A DNA stretch of 46,411 bases, the filler included, from Sphacelaria rigidula (Eukaryota): NCBI GenBank assembly GCA_964200075.2. It is 2 parts of 2 records of this genome, joined end to end, with 100 filler letters (N's around TTAATTAATTAA, not from the genome) between each part and the next. Parts side by side here need not be neighbours in the genome. Positions count along the whole stretch, not along the records: positions 23,265 to 46,411 come from CAXNAA020000284.1; 1 more part is not named here. One strand, 5' to 3'. The translations under genes were made by a program, and so were the position numbers. Position 1 is the first letter of the stretch. The number at the start of each line of letters is the position of its first letter. This document shows positions 23,265-34,746 of this stretch, in pieces. The notes beneath the pieces were generated by a model. The model worked only from the letters and a program-made list of their open reading frames with translations, was not told the origin of the DNA and did not search any database.

Positions 23265-23559
23265 TTCACCACCACGATGCTGGCCTGTACCCGAGCAGCC
23301 CAAAACCGAGGAGTTCGGGCATATCAGTTGTTTTAGCGGCCGCAGGGAAGAGAACTTGGCCGTTGGATGATGAATTCTCAGTAAAGGTGACCGCTGAAAA
23401 ATGACTTATGGTAGGTGTTATAGTAGTGAGGCCGCAATGCTGGAGAGGGCTGTGTACTCAAGACATTAACCCGATGGCGTTCTGTTTCGTCGATAAAGGA
23501 AAGTGTACCACGAGTTGTACGTGTTGCTAAGTGAAACCAGAGGTACATACTACTACTAA

Positions 23560-23978
23560 CAGTGAATTCTCGAAAAGGGGTTGAAAAAAATGATGAGGTG
23601 CAACTCAAAAGCCGTGCTTTCCCTGACCTAAACTGAAGATGAAAAGACTTTCATGTGGACGACCCCATCCCTCCCGATCCCCCTGAAACTATTTCAGGGG
23701 ATTTCTAGCCTTCTGTTCCCCTGAAGGGTATGTGCGAAAGCACAAATTTTGGGTCAAAAAACATCCTTTTTTCACCCTGAAATCGAGGCAAAAGTATGCC
23801 TTCGCACATGCCTTTTAGGGGAACGGAAGGCTAGAAATTCCCCCAAATAGTTTCAGGGGAGGTCGGGAGGGATGAGGTCGTCCGTATGAAAGTCATTTAT
23901 CATGAATTTAGGTCAGGGAAAGCACGGCTTTTGAGTTGAAGCTCATTTTTTGTCAACCCCATTTTCGAGAATCCACTG
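23560..23978. mobile_element. Foldback MITE (about 190-bp arms, short spacer)
   Basis: CAGTGAATTCTCGAAAA...TTTTCGAGAATCCACTG; arms share CAACTCAAAAGCCGTGCTTTCCCTGACCTAAA and CCCCTGAAACTATTT in inverted orientation; no clean TSD. Confidence 0.88.
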
Positions 23979-24729
23979 TTTCTGTGACTCGACGGTATAA
24001 TTCCAGCCGGCGTGAAAATGGTCTGACAGTACTCCCATAGTATCAACCAATTGTAGATGATTCAAGGACGATCACCTCGTGCCCGCGTAGGCAGTGCCCG
24101 CGTTCGGACAGCTGTGCCGAGGGGCAATCTCTGGAGGTCGGCACACTGAACAGCAACACAGGTAGAAGCGAAAAATGAGAATATCGTAGAGATGTTGCAA
24201 AGGAAAGTAGTCACTAAGTCACAGTTCTGTATTCTTTATTCATGCTGGCATAATCTGTTGCAACAAATGCGGTTCTTGCAACAACCACGGCTACGTTTTC
24301 AGAACTTTTGAAAGGTTTATTTGCTGTGCTGCATGCTGTCGAGTCGATTATTACGAGAGGATGCTGTCCCCACGAATGATAGTAGAGGCTTGAACGTAGC
24401 ATACGCAATCCTACCACCTGCCGTGCAACCGTAGCCTACACAACTTGTACACAAGCCTGACACAAGCCCGGGAAAAGCCGTTCATGGACGTACTGCACAG
24501 TACAGTACCTACCATCGTCATTATCCATCTGATCAGGGGGTAACGACCCCTCCAAAGGGGGGTAACCCCCCCCTCCCCCGTCGCCAGTAATGAGGTTCCC
24601 GGAAATCGGGGGCTGTGTGTAATGTATCCCAGTCTATAAGGCTCCTTATCTGAGACCATACAAACACGACTACCTGGTAACCTGAAACTTCTATTTTTTT
24701 ATATTTTCTTTCCGGCTTTACGAAGAGAC

Positions 24730-25051
24730 TGTTAGAAAGTTAGGCTGGGGGGCCTACTCTCGTGAACGCTTCGTATGGTATTGTATTTGCATGGAGGCAT
24801 TGTGTGGATCGCCGGTACTGCTCATGATAGTTTGGTCTGATGTGGAGCCTAGCAGTTGTCGGGTTGTTTTCACTCTCCTCGGTCGACCGTTCAACACGGT
24901 GGGTTGTTTGGACTGTCTTGCCCGCAAGCGGCACTTTGAACAATATCTTCTGTCTACACTCCAAAGCAGCGTGTCTGCTTGCTCGGCTCAAGTGTCATTG
25001 CGCCAACTCTAGCGATCACGTCAAAGGGGTTCTAGCGACACCTTTTTAACA
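24730..25051 (+). repeat. 5' LTR
   Basis: Direct repeat of 29557-29878; starts TGTTAG, ends TAACA. Confidence 0.95.
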
Positions 25052-25571
25052 GGTTTACTGAGCCTCGGCGTTGGCGTCGAAGCATCGGAGTTCGGAAGAA
25101 AGGAAGGCAGCAGCAAAAAGGAAGGATCTTTGCTGGGAAACAACGTGAGTTGAGTCAAAGTGAAGACGGCACTACACCTGTATGCGTCTGCAACAATGTG
25201 TCACGAAGTGAGGACGGCACTTTCTCCTGTGGGCACCTGGTAACATGCGTGATCTTAAAACAGCGAGACAATCGTCGGATCCTTCTGGGGGGAAATTGTA
25301 CGCGTCTACTATATACAAGTGCAGAGCCGTGTTTCCATTTGCAACACCGTGTATATGGATACTCCATGTGAACGTGTACGTTGGGACACGCTGCTGTGGT
25401 GGGGGACCATTGTGAGGTCTATTCGTTTTTATACATTCTCTTTTTGAGCTACCGACGAGTCAAGCAACGGTGAGCAAAGCCGATTGTGTGGTGGGGAAAC
25501 GTACTTGGACACCCTTGAACATCCTTCATCTATACTTGTGAAGTTGGGGCAGAGCGACGGACAGTATTCAA

Positions 25572-26486
25572 ATGTCGGACAATGAGGGTATTCCAGGGAT
25601 ACTGACAGTCTGTCCAAAGTTCGATGGCAGGGATAAAGCGAGCTTCCGGGGATATAAAGATCAACTCCGGGTGATCCTGCCCCTTCCCCACAATGCGGCC
25701 GCAGAAATCCTGCAGGGGCGGCAAAGATCCAGATCCACCGCAACCAATGATGACCAACCACCCTGTGAAACGACAACTTTAATGGCGTGGGACCGTGCAA
25801 ACAATGATCTGATTAGTATTCTGTTTTTTAGCACGGAAAAATCAGCAAACAATACCGTCAGACGCCATATGGGGAAAACCCAAGAGGATGGGGTCGGGGA
25901 CGGGCATGCAACATGGGCAGCGCTGCACAACAAATATGATGGTAACAGCAAAGAGGCGGGAAGGGAGTTTCATGACACACTTCACACCACAACGATGCAG
26001 TCCGGAGATGATCCGGAAGACTTTCTGTTTGTGATGGATGGCTACCGTGACCGTCTAAATGAAATGGGACAATGTATACCCGACTAGCGGAACGAGGACA
26101 TTATCCTCCGAGCCCTGCCTGCCGAGTACGAAAGGGTTCGTAGTGCTAGCTGCGAGAGGCGTGATTTTAATTTGGCGGATCTCCGATACATGGTCAGCAC
26201 CATGTATACCGACCATCTCTCTCGCCCAGACGCCATCAACTTGGCCGCAGGTCGCGGGGTCGCCATGCAAGCCAGTGGAAGGCGTGATAGCAGAAGAAAT
26301 CGCACAGCATGTTCACGCTGCGGAAAGCGAGGCCACGTTAAAAACAATTGCCCCGCTCGAAACGCGACTCAAGCACTGACAGGGGGGGACAAGGAAAAGG
26401 GGACAGAAGGCAAGTGGTACTCCTTCCACATGTCAACAACCCACAGCGACGAAGAGTGGCGTTTCTTGCAACGGCGCAACCAGTAG
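25572..26486 (+). pseudogene. gag: copia gag remnant with zinc knuckle
   Basis: WDRANNDLISILFF, GDGHATWAALHNKY, MQSGDDPEDFL; in-frame TAG at 26085-26087; CX2CX4HX4C knuckle CSRCGKRGHVKNNC. Confidence 0.88.
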
Positions 26487-27003
26487 ACAGCAAACAGCCA
26501 GCAGGCAGAAAATCTCGCGCAGTGGTCGGGTTATCCACCAGTCACCGGTGCAAGGGAGCAGACCCCGGTGATCTGCTTCAATGCCTTAGAACTGCCCAGA
26601 ACACGAAATCCCCGGGAAATGGACAACCTTTGGCCGTTCACTCCAACGAACAGACCCGTTGCTTCATTCGACAGCAGCGGACTCTTCGGCGCCTTCGAAG
26701 GGACGGACGGGGCCGAGGGGGGCGAGGGTCTGGAGTTCCGGCGTAGGACTCACAACATTTTGCGAGGAATCAAGGAGGCACTTTCCCCAATAGCCCGCGC
26801 GTTGGCCATAATAGCCGTGGTCCATTACGTGTGGTTGATGTTTGGGAGCTCATGATACCACCGAGCCACGTCGAACCCCTACGACGACGCTGAAACGTTT
26901 GGCGGTGTCACCGACGCTCATGATGGGTCGGCTCTCGCGGCGGGACCCGTTCTCGACAAGTGGAAGGAGGGCATCAACAGCTCTGTCAGCTCTGCCTTTG
27001 TCA

Positions 27004-27800
27004 TGGTAAACAGTGGCGCGTCGGGACCATACTCGACGATGCCCTCATCCTAGGGAGTCACCTGTACTTCTCTTCTTTAGAAGTAATCAGCGGCAACGAC
27101 GCGCCTGGACCGGCCATGCAAGCTGTAGACGCCGCCACGCTGTGGCATCGGCAGATGGGGCACATGAACAGCAATAGTTTCAACCTTCTCGGAACCGTCG
27201 AAAGTAACGGAAGGAACTTTGGCGAATCTGTCCGGGACTGGAATATTCGTGCTGTTGGGAAAAGCCATCAACTAGTCCATCCGAAGATAGCCAGCAACAA
27301 AGTGCAACGCACCTTGCAACTGGTCATGACCATGGGTGGGACCGGCGGCGTTCGGCTCGAACGACTTAGGGCAGACAAGGGGGGTGAGTTTATTGGCAAT
27401 GATTTCAGAACGTACTGCCGGCAGTAGGCATATTGCTAGAGTTTGCGAGCACCAATGCACCACACCGAATCGGCCTGTCAGAACGCGTAGGGAGGACGCT
27501 TGCAGCCATGGTCCGGTGCATGCTTGTCAACACCCGTTTACCGACCTTTCCCTGGGGCGAATCAATGCTCAGGATATCCTACCTTGCAAACAGGGCACCG
27601 CACTCCGCGCTAAGAATGCAATGTCTGCACAAGATGCTGCAGGGGAGAAAACCAGATCAAAGACATCCTCGAGTCGTTGAGGCCAAGGCGTTCGTCCACA
27701 CCGATGGGGGCACTCAGAAACTATCTCCCGAGGCAGTCGGAGGACGATTGGTTAGGTACGGCTATAACAGTAAGTGCTATCGCGTCTACATCATACACCC
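27004..27800 (+). pseudogene. pol: copia protease, GAG-pre-integrase and integrase remnant
   Basis: MVNSGASG (degenerate DSGA protease site), LWHRQMGHMN, RLRADKGGEF, FASTNAPHRIGLSERVGRTL, GYNSKCYRVY; stops and internal deletions. Confidence 0.88.
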
Positions 27801-28215
27801 TTCACTACTCAACGACGAGGAGCCTGGCGGCTGTAAGGGTTACAACTACGCCCCCAACGACGCCTTCATACGCGACCTTCGCAATCACACTTCTGTATTA
27901 ACTCATCCGGCCCATGTCTTTGCCGACCATGCGACTGCCAGCGGGGGTGCTAGAAATTCACTAGGGGGCGAGCTTCTGGGGAGAATCAGCGTCATCACCA
28001 GGCGAGATATGCACGACGGTGCCCCGACTCGTGGAGGGGCGCTTCCGCACGATTATCTTCCGCACGATGGTACACCGCCGGGGTAACTCGTGACACACCC
28101 ACGGGACGAATTTGGTGAACACACGGTGACACGGCTCGCAGAACCATCGCTACCCCCCTTATCATCGATACTCACTTCATGGTGACGTGTGTATGCATGG
28201 TAGCCCGCAACTACA

Positions 28216-28218
28216 GGC

Positions 28219-28258
<40 letters not shown>

Positions 28259-28345
28259 TCATCATCACCATCACCACCACCTCCTCCACCATCATTATCA
28301 TCATCATTAACAACAACAACTGCGACTACTACTATTGCTGCTACA
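28216..28345. repeat. Compound trinucleotide microsatellite (CAA)n(CAT/CAC)n
   Basis: Seen directly; lies inside the copia pol region. Confidence 0.9.
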
Positions 28346-28479
28346 ACGTGCGAGTCGGCGTGCTGGGCTGAAAACAAGTCCCAGGTTTCGGTTGCGGCAG
28401 TTATTCCGATCTGCAGGATTCAGCGTATTTGCATGATGTCGGTAATAGTTTGGGGGTACAACCTGGAGCGGTAGCAGAC

Positions 28480-29414
28480 TGACTACAAGGTGCTGGAAAG
28501 AATCAAACATAAACTAATGGGACGTTTTTTTTATGACGGGCATGGGAGATGTATCGTTAGTGCTGGGAATGGAGGCTGTACGTGACCGTAATAGTAAGAT
28601 AGTCAACACCAGCCACACAAATTACAACAAGTCTCTCCAGGAACGATACCAGATAGCGAACTGCAACCCGGCGTGCACTCCTGGGGCGGGACAAGCACTG
28701 TCACTGGACCAGCCGAGGGACAAAATATTAAACGAAGAGGACGAACAGCGCTTCCAGGCCGTCACAGGCAGTGTGATGCATCTCGCTCGAGTGACCCGCT
28801 ACGACATTGGATACGGCGTGAATCAACTGGCGCGGGCGATGTCCAAACCGTCGAAGGCGCATGTGGCAGCTGCAAAACACTCACTTCGATATTTGGTCTG
28901 CATTACGGACCATGACATCACCTACGACCAGGGTGGTTTCCAATCGACGGTTTTTTCCGAGGCGAACTGGGGCAACAACCCCGACAACGGAAAATCGACA
29001 TCATCATATCTAATCTTTCTCTCGAATGGCCCCATCAGTTCTAAGGTAGGACTACAAGGATTGACGGCGCAATCAACAATGGAAGCAAAACTCGTGGCCG
29101 CTGCGCTCACCATGAGGGAGGCCATATTTTGCTCGAACATGATGCGGTAGATGGGATTTGGCACACGCTTCGACTCCGTCCCCGTCTACGTCGACAACAC
29201 TTCAACTTTCCACGTCGCAGGCAACCGAACCTACAGCTCGAGGGTCAAGCACGTAGCTCTACGGTACTTCTTCATTCAGGAATTAGTGAAGCAGGGAAGG
29301 ATCGACATTCGTTACGTCAAGACGGAAGACCAACTCGCCGACATAGGAACCAAGTACCTCAGCAGACACAGGCACCGTCATTTCGTCAAGCTGATCAACA
29401 CATTCAAAATCTGA
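28480..29414 (+). pseudogene. pol: copia reverse transcriptase C-terminal half and RNase H remnant
   Basis: MGDVSLVLGM, TRYDIGYGVNQLARAMSKP, ANWGNNPDNGKSTSSY, VYVDNTST, KHVALRYFFIQE, EDQLADIGTK; in-frame TAG at 29148-29150. Confidence 0.92.
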
Positions 29415-29556
29415 GCTCTGTCTGGCTGTGGGACCCGTTCTTGTTTCGTCCTTGAGTGCCGGGACGGTTGTACTGAGCTAGGTGGTTGGAACTAGTGTGT
29501 GTTTGAATTGAGGGGGAGTGTGAGGGAGTAAGACTTTTACTTGCGTCGAGGGGGAG

Positions 29557-29878
29557 TGCTAGAAAATCAGGCTGTGGGGTCTACTCTCGTCAACGCTTCG
29601 TATGGTATTGTATTTGTATGGAGGCATTGTGTGGATCGCCGGTACTGCTCATGATAGTATGGTCTGATGTGGAGCATAGCAGTTGTCGGGTTGTTTTCAC
29701 TCTCGGTTGACCGTTCAACACGGTGGGTTATTTGGACTGTCTTACCCGCAAGCGGCACCTTAAACACTATCTTCTGTCTACACTCCAAAGCAGCTTGTCT
29801 GCTTGCTCGGCTCAAGTGCCATTGCGCCAACTCTAAAGCGATCACGTCAAAGGGGTCTTAGCGACACCTTTTCTAACA
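29557..29878 (+). repeat. 3' LTR
   Basis: Direct repeat of 24730-25051; starts TGCTAG, ends TAACA; preceded by a polypurine tract. Confidence 0.95.
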
Positions 29879-29983
29879 GAGACTTACTCGGTTTCGTTAG
29901 TATTTATTATTGGCCCGAAGTAATACAGTTTTGTAGTTGACAGCGTCGCTCGTTTTTACTACTATATGCTCGCGTGTATGGTA

Positions 29984-30690
29984 GCCTCGGTGGCTCAGTT
30001 GGTAATCTCGAAGTCTTCTGACGGTTGGGTCGTGGGGTCCAATCTCGGAGCGATCTGGGATTTTTTCCCACACAATGCCAAGGGTAGGTCGAGTAGAGTA
30101 TACTCCATACTCAGTATTTTTGAAGAGTCATACTTTTTTAGTACTCAAAGTTTGAGTACAGTATTTGAGGTCGTACTCAACCTACTCAATTATTCGAGTA
30201 GAGTATTTGAGACCATACTCAATCTACTCAAAATTTGAGTAGAGTATTGAGGTCATACTCAAGTGATACTCTATACTCAAGTATTACTGAGAGTGTTTAC
30301 TCAATCTTTGAGTTGAGTATTTGAGGTCGTACTCGACCTACTCAAAATTTGAGTAGAGTATTGAGGCCGTACTCGACCTACTCAAGCGTCGACTAGAGTA
30401 ATTACTCGAGAATTTTACTCGAGTACTCAAGAGTACATACTCTACTCGACTTACCCTTGCACAATGCCCAACAGTGGAGAGCGACTATGTCGTAGGTACA
30501 CAAAATTCGACTTAATGGTCGACGAGGGAAAGGAACTGCTGAATCCCGTTCTGTTTCGCGATAATGAATAAAGGCAAGCACCGCAGGAGGAAGGTGGAGA
30601 ACTGAAACAAACAAAAAAGAAAAAGCTCCTGTGTTGGCCTTCCTCCTGTGTGACCCCGGCTGGTGCGCCCACATAATATACCGAAAGGTG
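29984..30690 (+). mobile_element. tRNA-headed SINE family B, interrupted by a hAT MITE
   Basis: A box TGGCTCAGTTGG, degenerate B box GGGTCCAATCTC; body at about 30500-30690 recurs inverted at 46154-46339. Confidence 0.6.
30079..30459. mobile_element. hAT-type MITE, same family, with expanded internal TACTC/GAGTA repeats
   Basis: TIRs CAAGGGTA(G/A)GTCGAGTAGAGTA; perfect 8-bp TSD CACAATGC at 30071-30078 and 30460-30467. Confidence 0.92.
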
Positions 30691-30732
30691 AAAGTTTTAG
30701 ACCGGTGTCAAGAATGAAATGATGAGGCGGCG

Positions 30733-31494
30733 TCTTATCAGAAGTGATTATCACTTTTCAAAAAATCACTTTTGGAGAAGTGGTTGCCCCCACAACGACC
30801 AGTGTTGTGTCTTATCGACAGGCAGTTTCGTTCAGATCGAAGCCCAGATCTGCGCACAGGTGAAAAATGCGGCGGTTCTGGAAGTGGCCGTTAGTCCAAA
30901 ATGTCTGTACTGCTGCGGACAAGACGCAAAGAGGTAACACAGCGCCGACACACCTAGCCACGAAGACCGACGGATAGATATTCACCACTCACGCGCATTA
31001 GCTCAAGCACTAGCTCTTGATCATCTACACACGACAGCCTTTGTTTGACGGAAATCCGTCCAGTATTACATGAAAGGCGGCCGCTTGCGTGTCAACTGGC
31101 AACCCAAAACATGCTGTTGCTGACGGTTTTTGAGCGTGTGCTGTGCGCGCGTCTCGCGCAAATCATAATTTCTCACTGAATTCTGAACCGATTTGAACAA
31201 GGTCACGCACAGCGTGCTCAGCTGATGAGCAGCAATGAATGGAGCGGTGTGTCTTGGTTTGAGAGGCTAATGCAATTCTCAGGTTCACGTTTGATTGTGT
31301 TGACTTGTCTGTCAAGACTTCGGTTATGCCCCCGTCAACGGGATGTTTTACGTTCCCGTTCGAGGTTTCACAAAATCACTTTTACAAAAATGATTTTTTG
31401 GCACTTTTTGGAGGGGGTGGTATCGCAGCAACCAATCATCGGTCGTTTTTGACAAACGTGATTTTTTTAAAAGTGACAGTCACTTCTGGTAAGA
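30733..31494. mobile_element. TIR-bounded non-autonomous DNA element
   Basis: TCTTATCAGAAGTGATTATCACTTTTCAAAAAATCAC versus inverted TCTTACCAGAAGTGACTGTCACTTTTAAAAAAATCAC; possible TA TSD. Confidence 0.75.
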
Positions 31495-33579
31495 GAACGC
31501 ATGTATGAACTACCGTCCATCGATGCTGTCTAGAAGAGGGTAACCCGGCTGAGAACGGGTGAATCTGTCTACCCCAATTCAGTCCTCACCCACAAGGATC
31601 TCCTCGGAGAAGCGACGGGGTAGCACTGGCCATCAGTTTGTAAGACGCTTTGGCCTACTGGCGTCCTGGCGCATGAGAGCTTGTGGCAGCGGGTTGCGAT
31701 CGAACTTCGGAGGAACGGGAACTGATTCTGGCGGGGGGAATATTCTGACGAAAAACACACGTGTTTTCATCCCCCAAGTAACAGCAGCCAACCGAACGCT
31801 GTTTGGGCTGGGGTGACCGCTGTTGGCCATCATTGGAGCTAGCTGTCCAGGAGGACAAGCTGGGCACTCTTACACAAGCCCAGTATTTCAGGTGTGTGTC
31901 ATATGAACCCGCAACAGCTATGATGTGAACACGCGCACTGGTTGAGCCACCCCCCACTTCACACAGCTACACTGACTGTACTGTCGACGGTCTTGCACTA
32001 AACCGGCAGCTTCACCTCGCTGGCTGCCTTGTCACATAGCTACGTGGCTTTCAGCTAGTTGCAACAGCCAGGTACCACGGTCCTTTCCTATTTGTGCACA
32101 GGTATGATTGCTTTGCAGAAAATCACAGACAGCTCATTCTGTACTAGCTGGGTATTTGGGTGTCTAGATATGGCGGGTAGGAACAAGGGAAGCACTGACC
32201 CTGCGAGTTGGAGTCCTAGAGGGCGGCGTATACACTTCGTCGAGCGTTGGCCCACTCCGGCCCCACCCATGCGCACGGTACCGTAGCTAGCGCGTGCTAG
32301 GCTCGAGGGAAGTAATCCTGCCGACGACTTTGCTCGGTAGTGCATGCAATGAGCTTATGGTATGTCTTACGTGGGTGGATTCACGACGTTCGAAAATTCA
32401 TCGCAACAATCCTGCATGACCGGATTTTTGCGGTCGACATCTCGACGTGTCACAGACAACAACAGTACAGTACAGTCAAAACGTGCGGTAGGCATGCTTT
32501 GTCTTGCTCCGTGCGGGGTGTAGAGCGACGATATAGTCGGGAGGCCTGATGGTCTACTCTCGATATTATTCGACCTCTGACGTGCAGTAAGACCCGTCGT
32601 GTTCTTTCGTGTACTCCGATGAGGGGATCGATCAACATCGTGAACTCGATGTGTGCATGTTCTATTACAGTGAAGCATCTTTGATCCGGGCACCATGCGC
32701 ACCTCCTAGGGAAGTTGACGGAGGAAAACACCCCGTGTCATGAGCTGGGCAACCTGAATTTGCCCGGGAATCAGGACACTCCATTCCCGAAACAACTAGT
32801 CGTTGGCTTTGCCTCACAACTTTTGAAGGGCGGTGTTGAACATCTTGGCGTGCACGGGGGGTACCATACCCGTGACCTTCGTTACCATGGCTCCTGTTTT
32901 GAACTATTGAAGCAACTGTCTGTGCGACATGATGACCCGCAGTCAAACTACGAGCGGCCGGCGCACAGTGTGAAGCTGCAGCAACAGAATAAAGCCTCCA
33001 CAGTACAGCCGTGGCTAGCCACGGTTTCTCAGTTTGTGCTCGTTGTTTTTCAGGGACTGTGCTGTGCTGTGCTGTGCTGTGCTGTGCTGGTTATCCTGTA
33101 CGGTCACTCCCCAGGGCTGATTTGCTCACGTGTTGGCGGTGTTCTCCCTTCCGTTCGGTCCGTTGCATCCGACCTAATCGTGAGTATGGTGAGCTTGTAG
33201 CGTGTCAAATCGCGGCGGCGTTGTTCATTTTCGGTCGGGACGGTTGCAGACGACACGGTAGCAAAAAAAAATCGTGCGACGACGCGCTCCACGTGGCGAG
33301 TGGCAGTAGTCCAAAATGTTCAAATCGTCGACTGACGTGACACGTGAAGAGTTATGCCAAGCTGATGCAATCTGGTAACGTCCACTAACCTTTTCCTACC
33401 CTCCCTACCCCCCGGTTGAGCGCGACGTGGGCTTCATAATTCCAACAATCAGCCGCCTGACTGATGTTTTATCATCACTAGATTACAATCTGATATATCT
33501 GGTTTGTGGTCAACCCGCACCATTCCCTCAAAAGCAAGCAAGTCAACCAACTTCATTTTCAGAGGGGTGGTGGCCGAAA

Positions 33580-34319
33580 AAATGGAAACTGCGACTTCGG
33601 ATGGGGGACCTGGACCTGCTAGGAAGGAAGAGATATCCCAATAGCCGGGTGAAAGGGGAAATAGATGCACAAAATTGCTCCTGTGGCAAGGCAATGAAGA
33701 GTAGAACACGGGGAATGATTGATTGACTGATTGATTGTCGCACTTCAACTGACCCCCCTTGTATTCACCCGTGGTGATATGACAGACGTACCCGAGACGA
33801 AGCAAAACCGAACACTCGCGTAAGAAAAAGAAAACAGAAAAGGTACAGCAGAGCAGCAGAAGAGACTAAAAAGAAACAAAAACAATACTGATGTATATGA
33901 ATGGCCGGCGTTTACCACATGGCTGCGGTGGGGAAGGTCTTGGGCAAAAGCACACTCATGCCCAGCCGTGAAGAACGAAAGACCATGATGAATGCTGCTG
34001 CTCCATGCAGGGGCAGAATGTGAAATGTACATAAAGGAACGGGATGTGTCGAGAGGGAAATATGGAAAATGAACGGAGGGGGCATGGAATCGTTTGATAC
34101 ATTGGACAGTGGCGAGGAAGCGGTCGACATACTAGGAGATGGGCGGTGGCCGCAGACGGCGAATCAAGGAGGGGGTAAGGTGTAAAAGGGTTTTGTGTGA
34201 TGCATGGAAGGAACGTGACGAGCGCCCAGCTGTTGGAGGTGTCTCTATTAGGAATACGTGGTCAATGGTCGAAAGACTAAAGCAACCAACAAACGAGTCC
34301 CCCCGCCTCCCCCCCCCCC
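33580..34319 (+). mobile_element. 5'-truncated copy of the same LINE family, interrupted by an insert of about 300 bp
   Basis: 33582-33706 and 34010-34300 align with about 11560-12015 (LRLRMGDLDL, NCSCGKAMKSR, TACTAGGAGAT, GTGGTCAATGGTC); ends in poly-C. Confidence 0.85.
33712..34005 (-). mobile_element. Insert within the LINE remnant, probably a retroposon 3' end with a (CAAT)n tail
   Basis: Interrupts LINE homology; (GATT)n run at 33717-33737 reads as a tandem-repeat tail on the - strand. Confidence 0.45.
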
Positions 34320-34571
34320 GGTCAAATGTGGCCTTGTGTTGAGATTCCTTGTGCAGTGCAACGACGGAGTGGTGTGCCACACATTGGAGTATGGTTCATG
34401 ATTTGGGGATGCTTCCTCGTCGTAATACGTCGTACCTCAGCATTCCAAAAGTTGATAAAGGTCAGCTAGGTCGACATGCTGGGGGCGCACACCATTTTAC
34501 AAAGCGAACGTCGCTCTCTGTCCCTTTTTGGCGCTGTTCATTCCCTTCCGGTGCTGTCTGCCTGCAGGAAA

Positions 34572-34746
34572 ATGGCGAAGGCAACGGCCACAGCAGCAGC
34601 CCTGCTGATGGCGGCGAGGGCCACGGGCTTCGTGGTACCATCGGGCACCGTACTCTCAGCTCTCGGAAACCATGCGTCGAAGGGCTTGCGCAAACCGTGT
34701 TCAACGTCCGCTTCATCTTCTCCCATGTATATGGATGCCTCTGAAG
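34572..34746 (+). CDS. ilvD: ilvD exon 1 (signal peptide plus transit peptide)
   Basis: [25 protein letters not shown] followed by a Ser-rich stretch; donor G|GTGCAC in phase 1 matches the exon 2 acceptor CAG|GT. Confidence 0.8.

Larger units (their letters stand above)
24730..29878 (+). mobile_element. Decayed Ty1/copia LTR retrotransposon with both LTRs
   Basis: TG...CA LTRs at 24730-25051 and 29557-29878; perfect 5-bp TSD GAGAC at 24725-24729 and 29879-29883; PPT GAGGGGGAG at 29548-29556; domain order gag-PR-IN-RT-RH; multiple stops, frameshifts and deletions. Confidence 0.96.

Noticed and set aside
28053..28510. Poly-Thr, poly-Leu and poly-Val ORFs
   Set aside because: Translations of a trinucleotide microsatellite.
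29984..30055. Possible tRNA gene
   Set aside because: The A box is good but the B box is degenerate, and I could not form a proper acceptor stem or cloverleaf. It is better explained as a SINE head.
32340..33200. Several 90-160 aa ORFs upstream of ilvD
   Set aside because: No recognisable motifs or consistent splice chain; cannot support a gene call.
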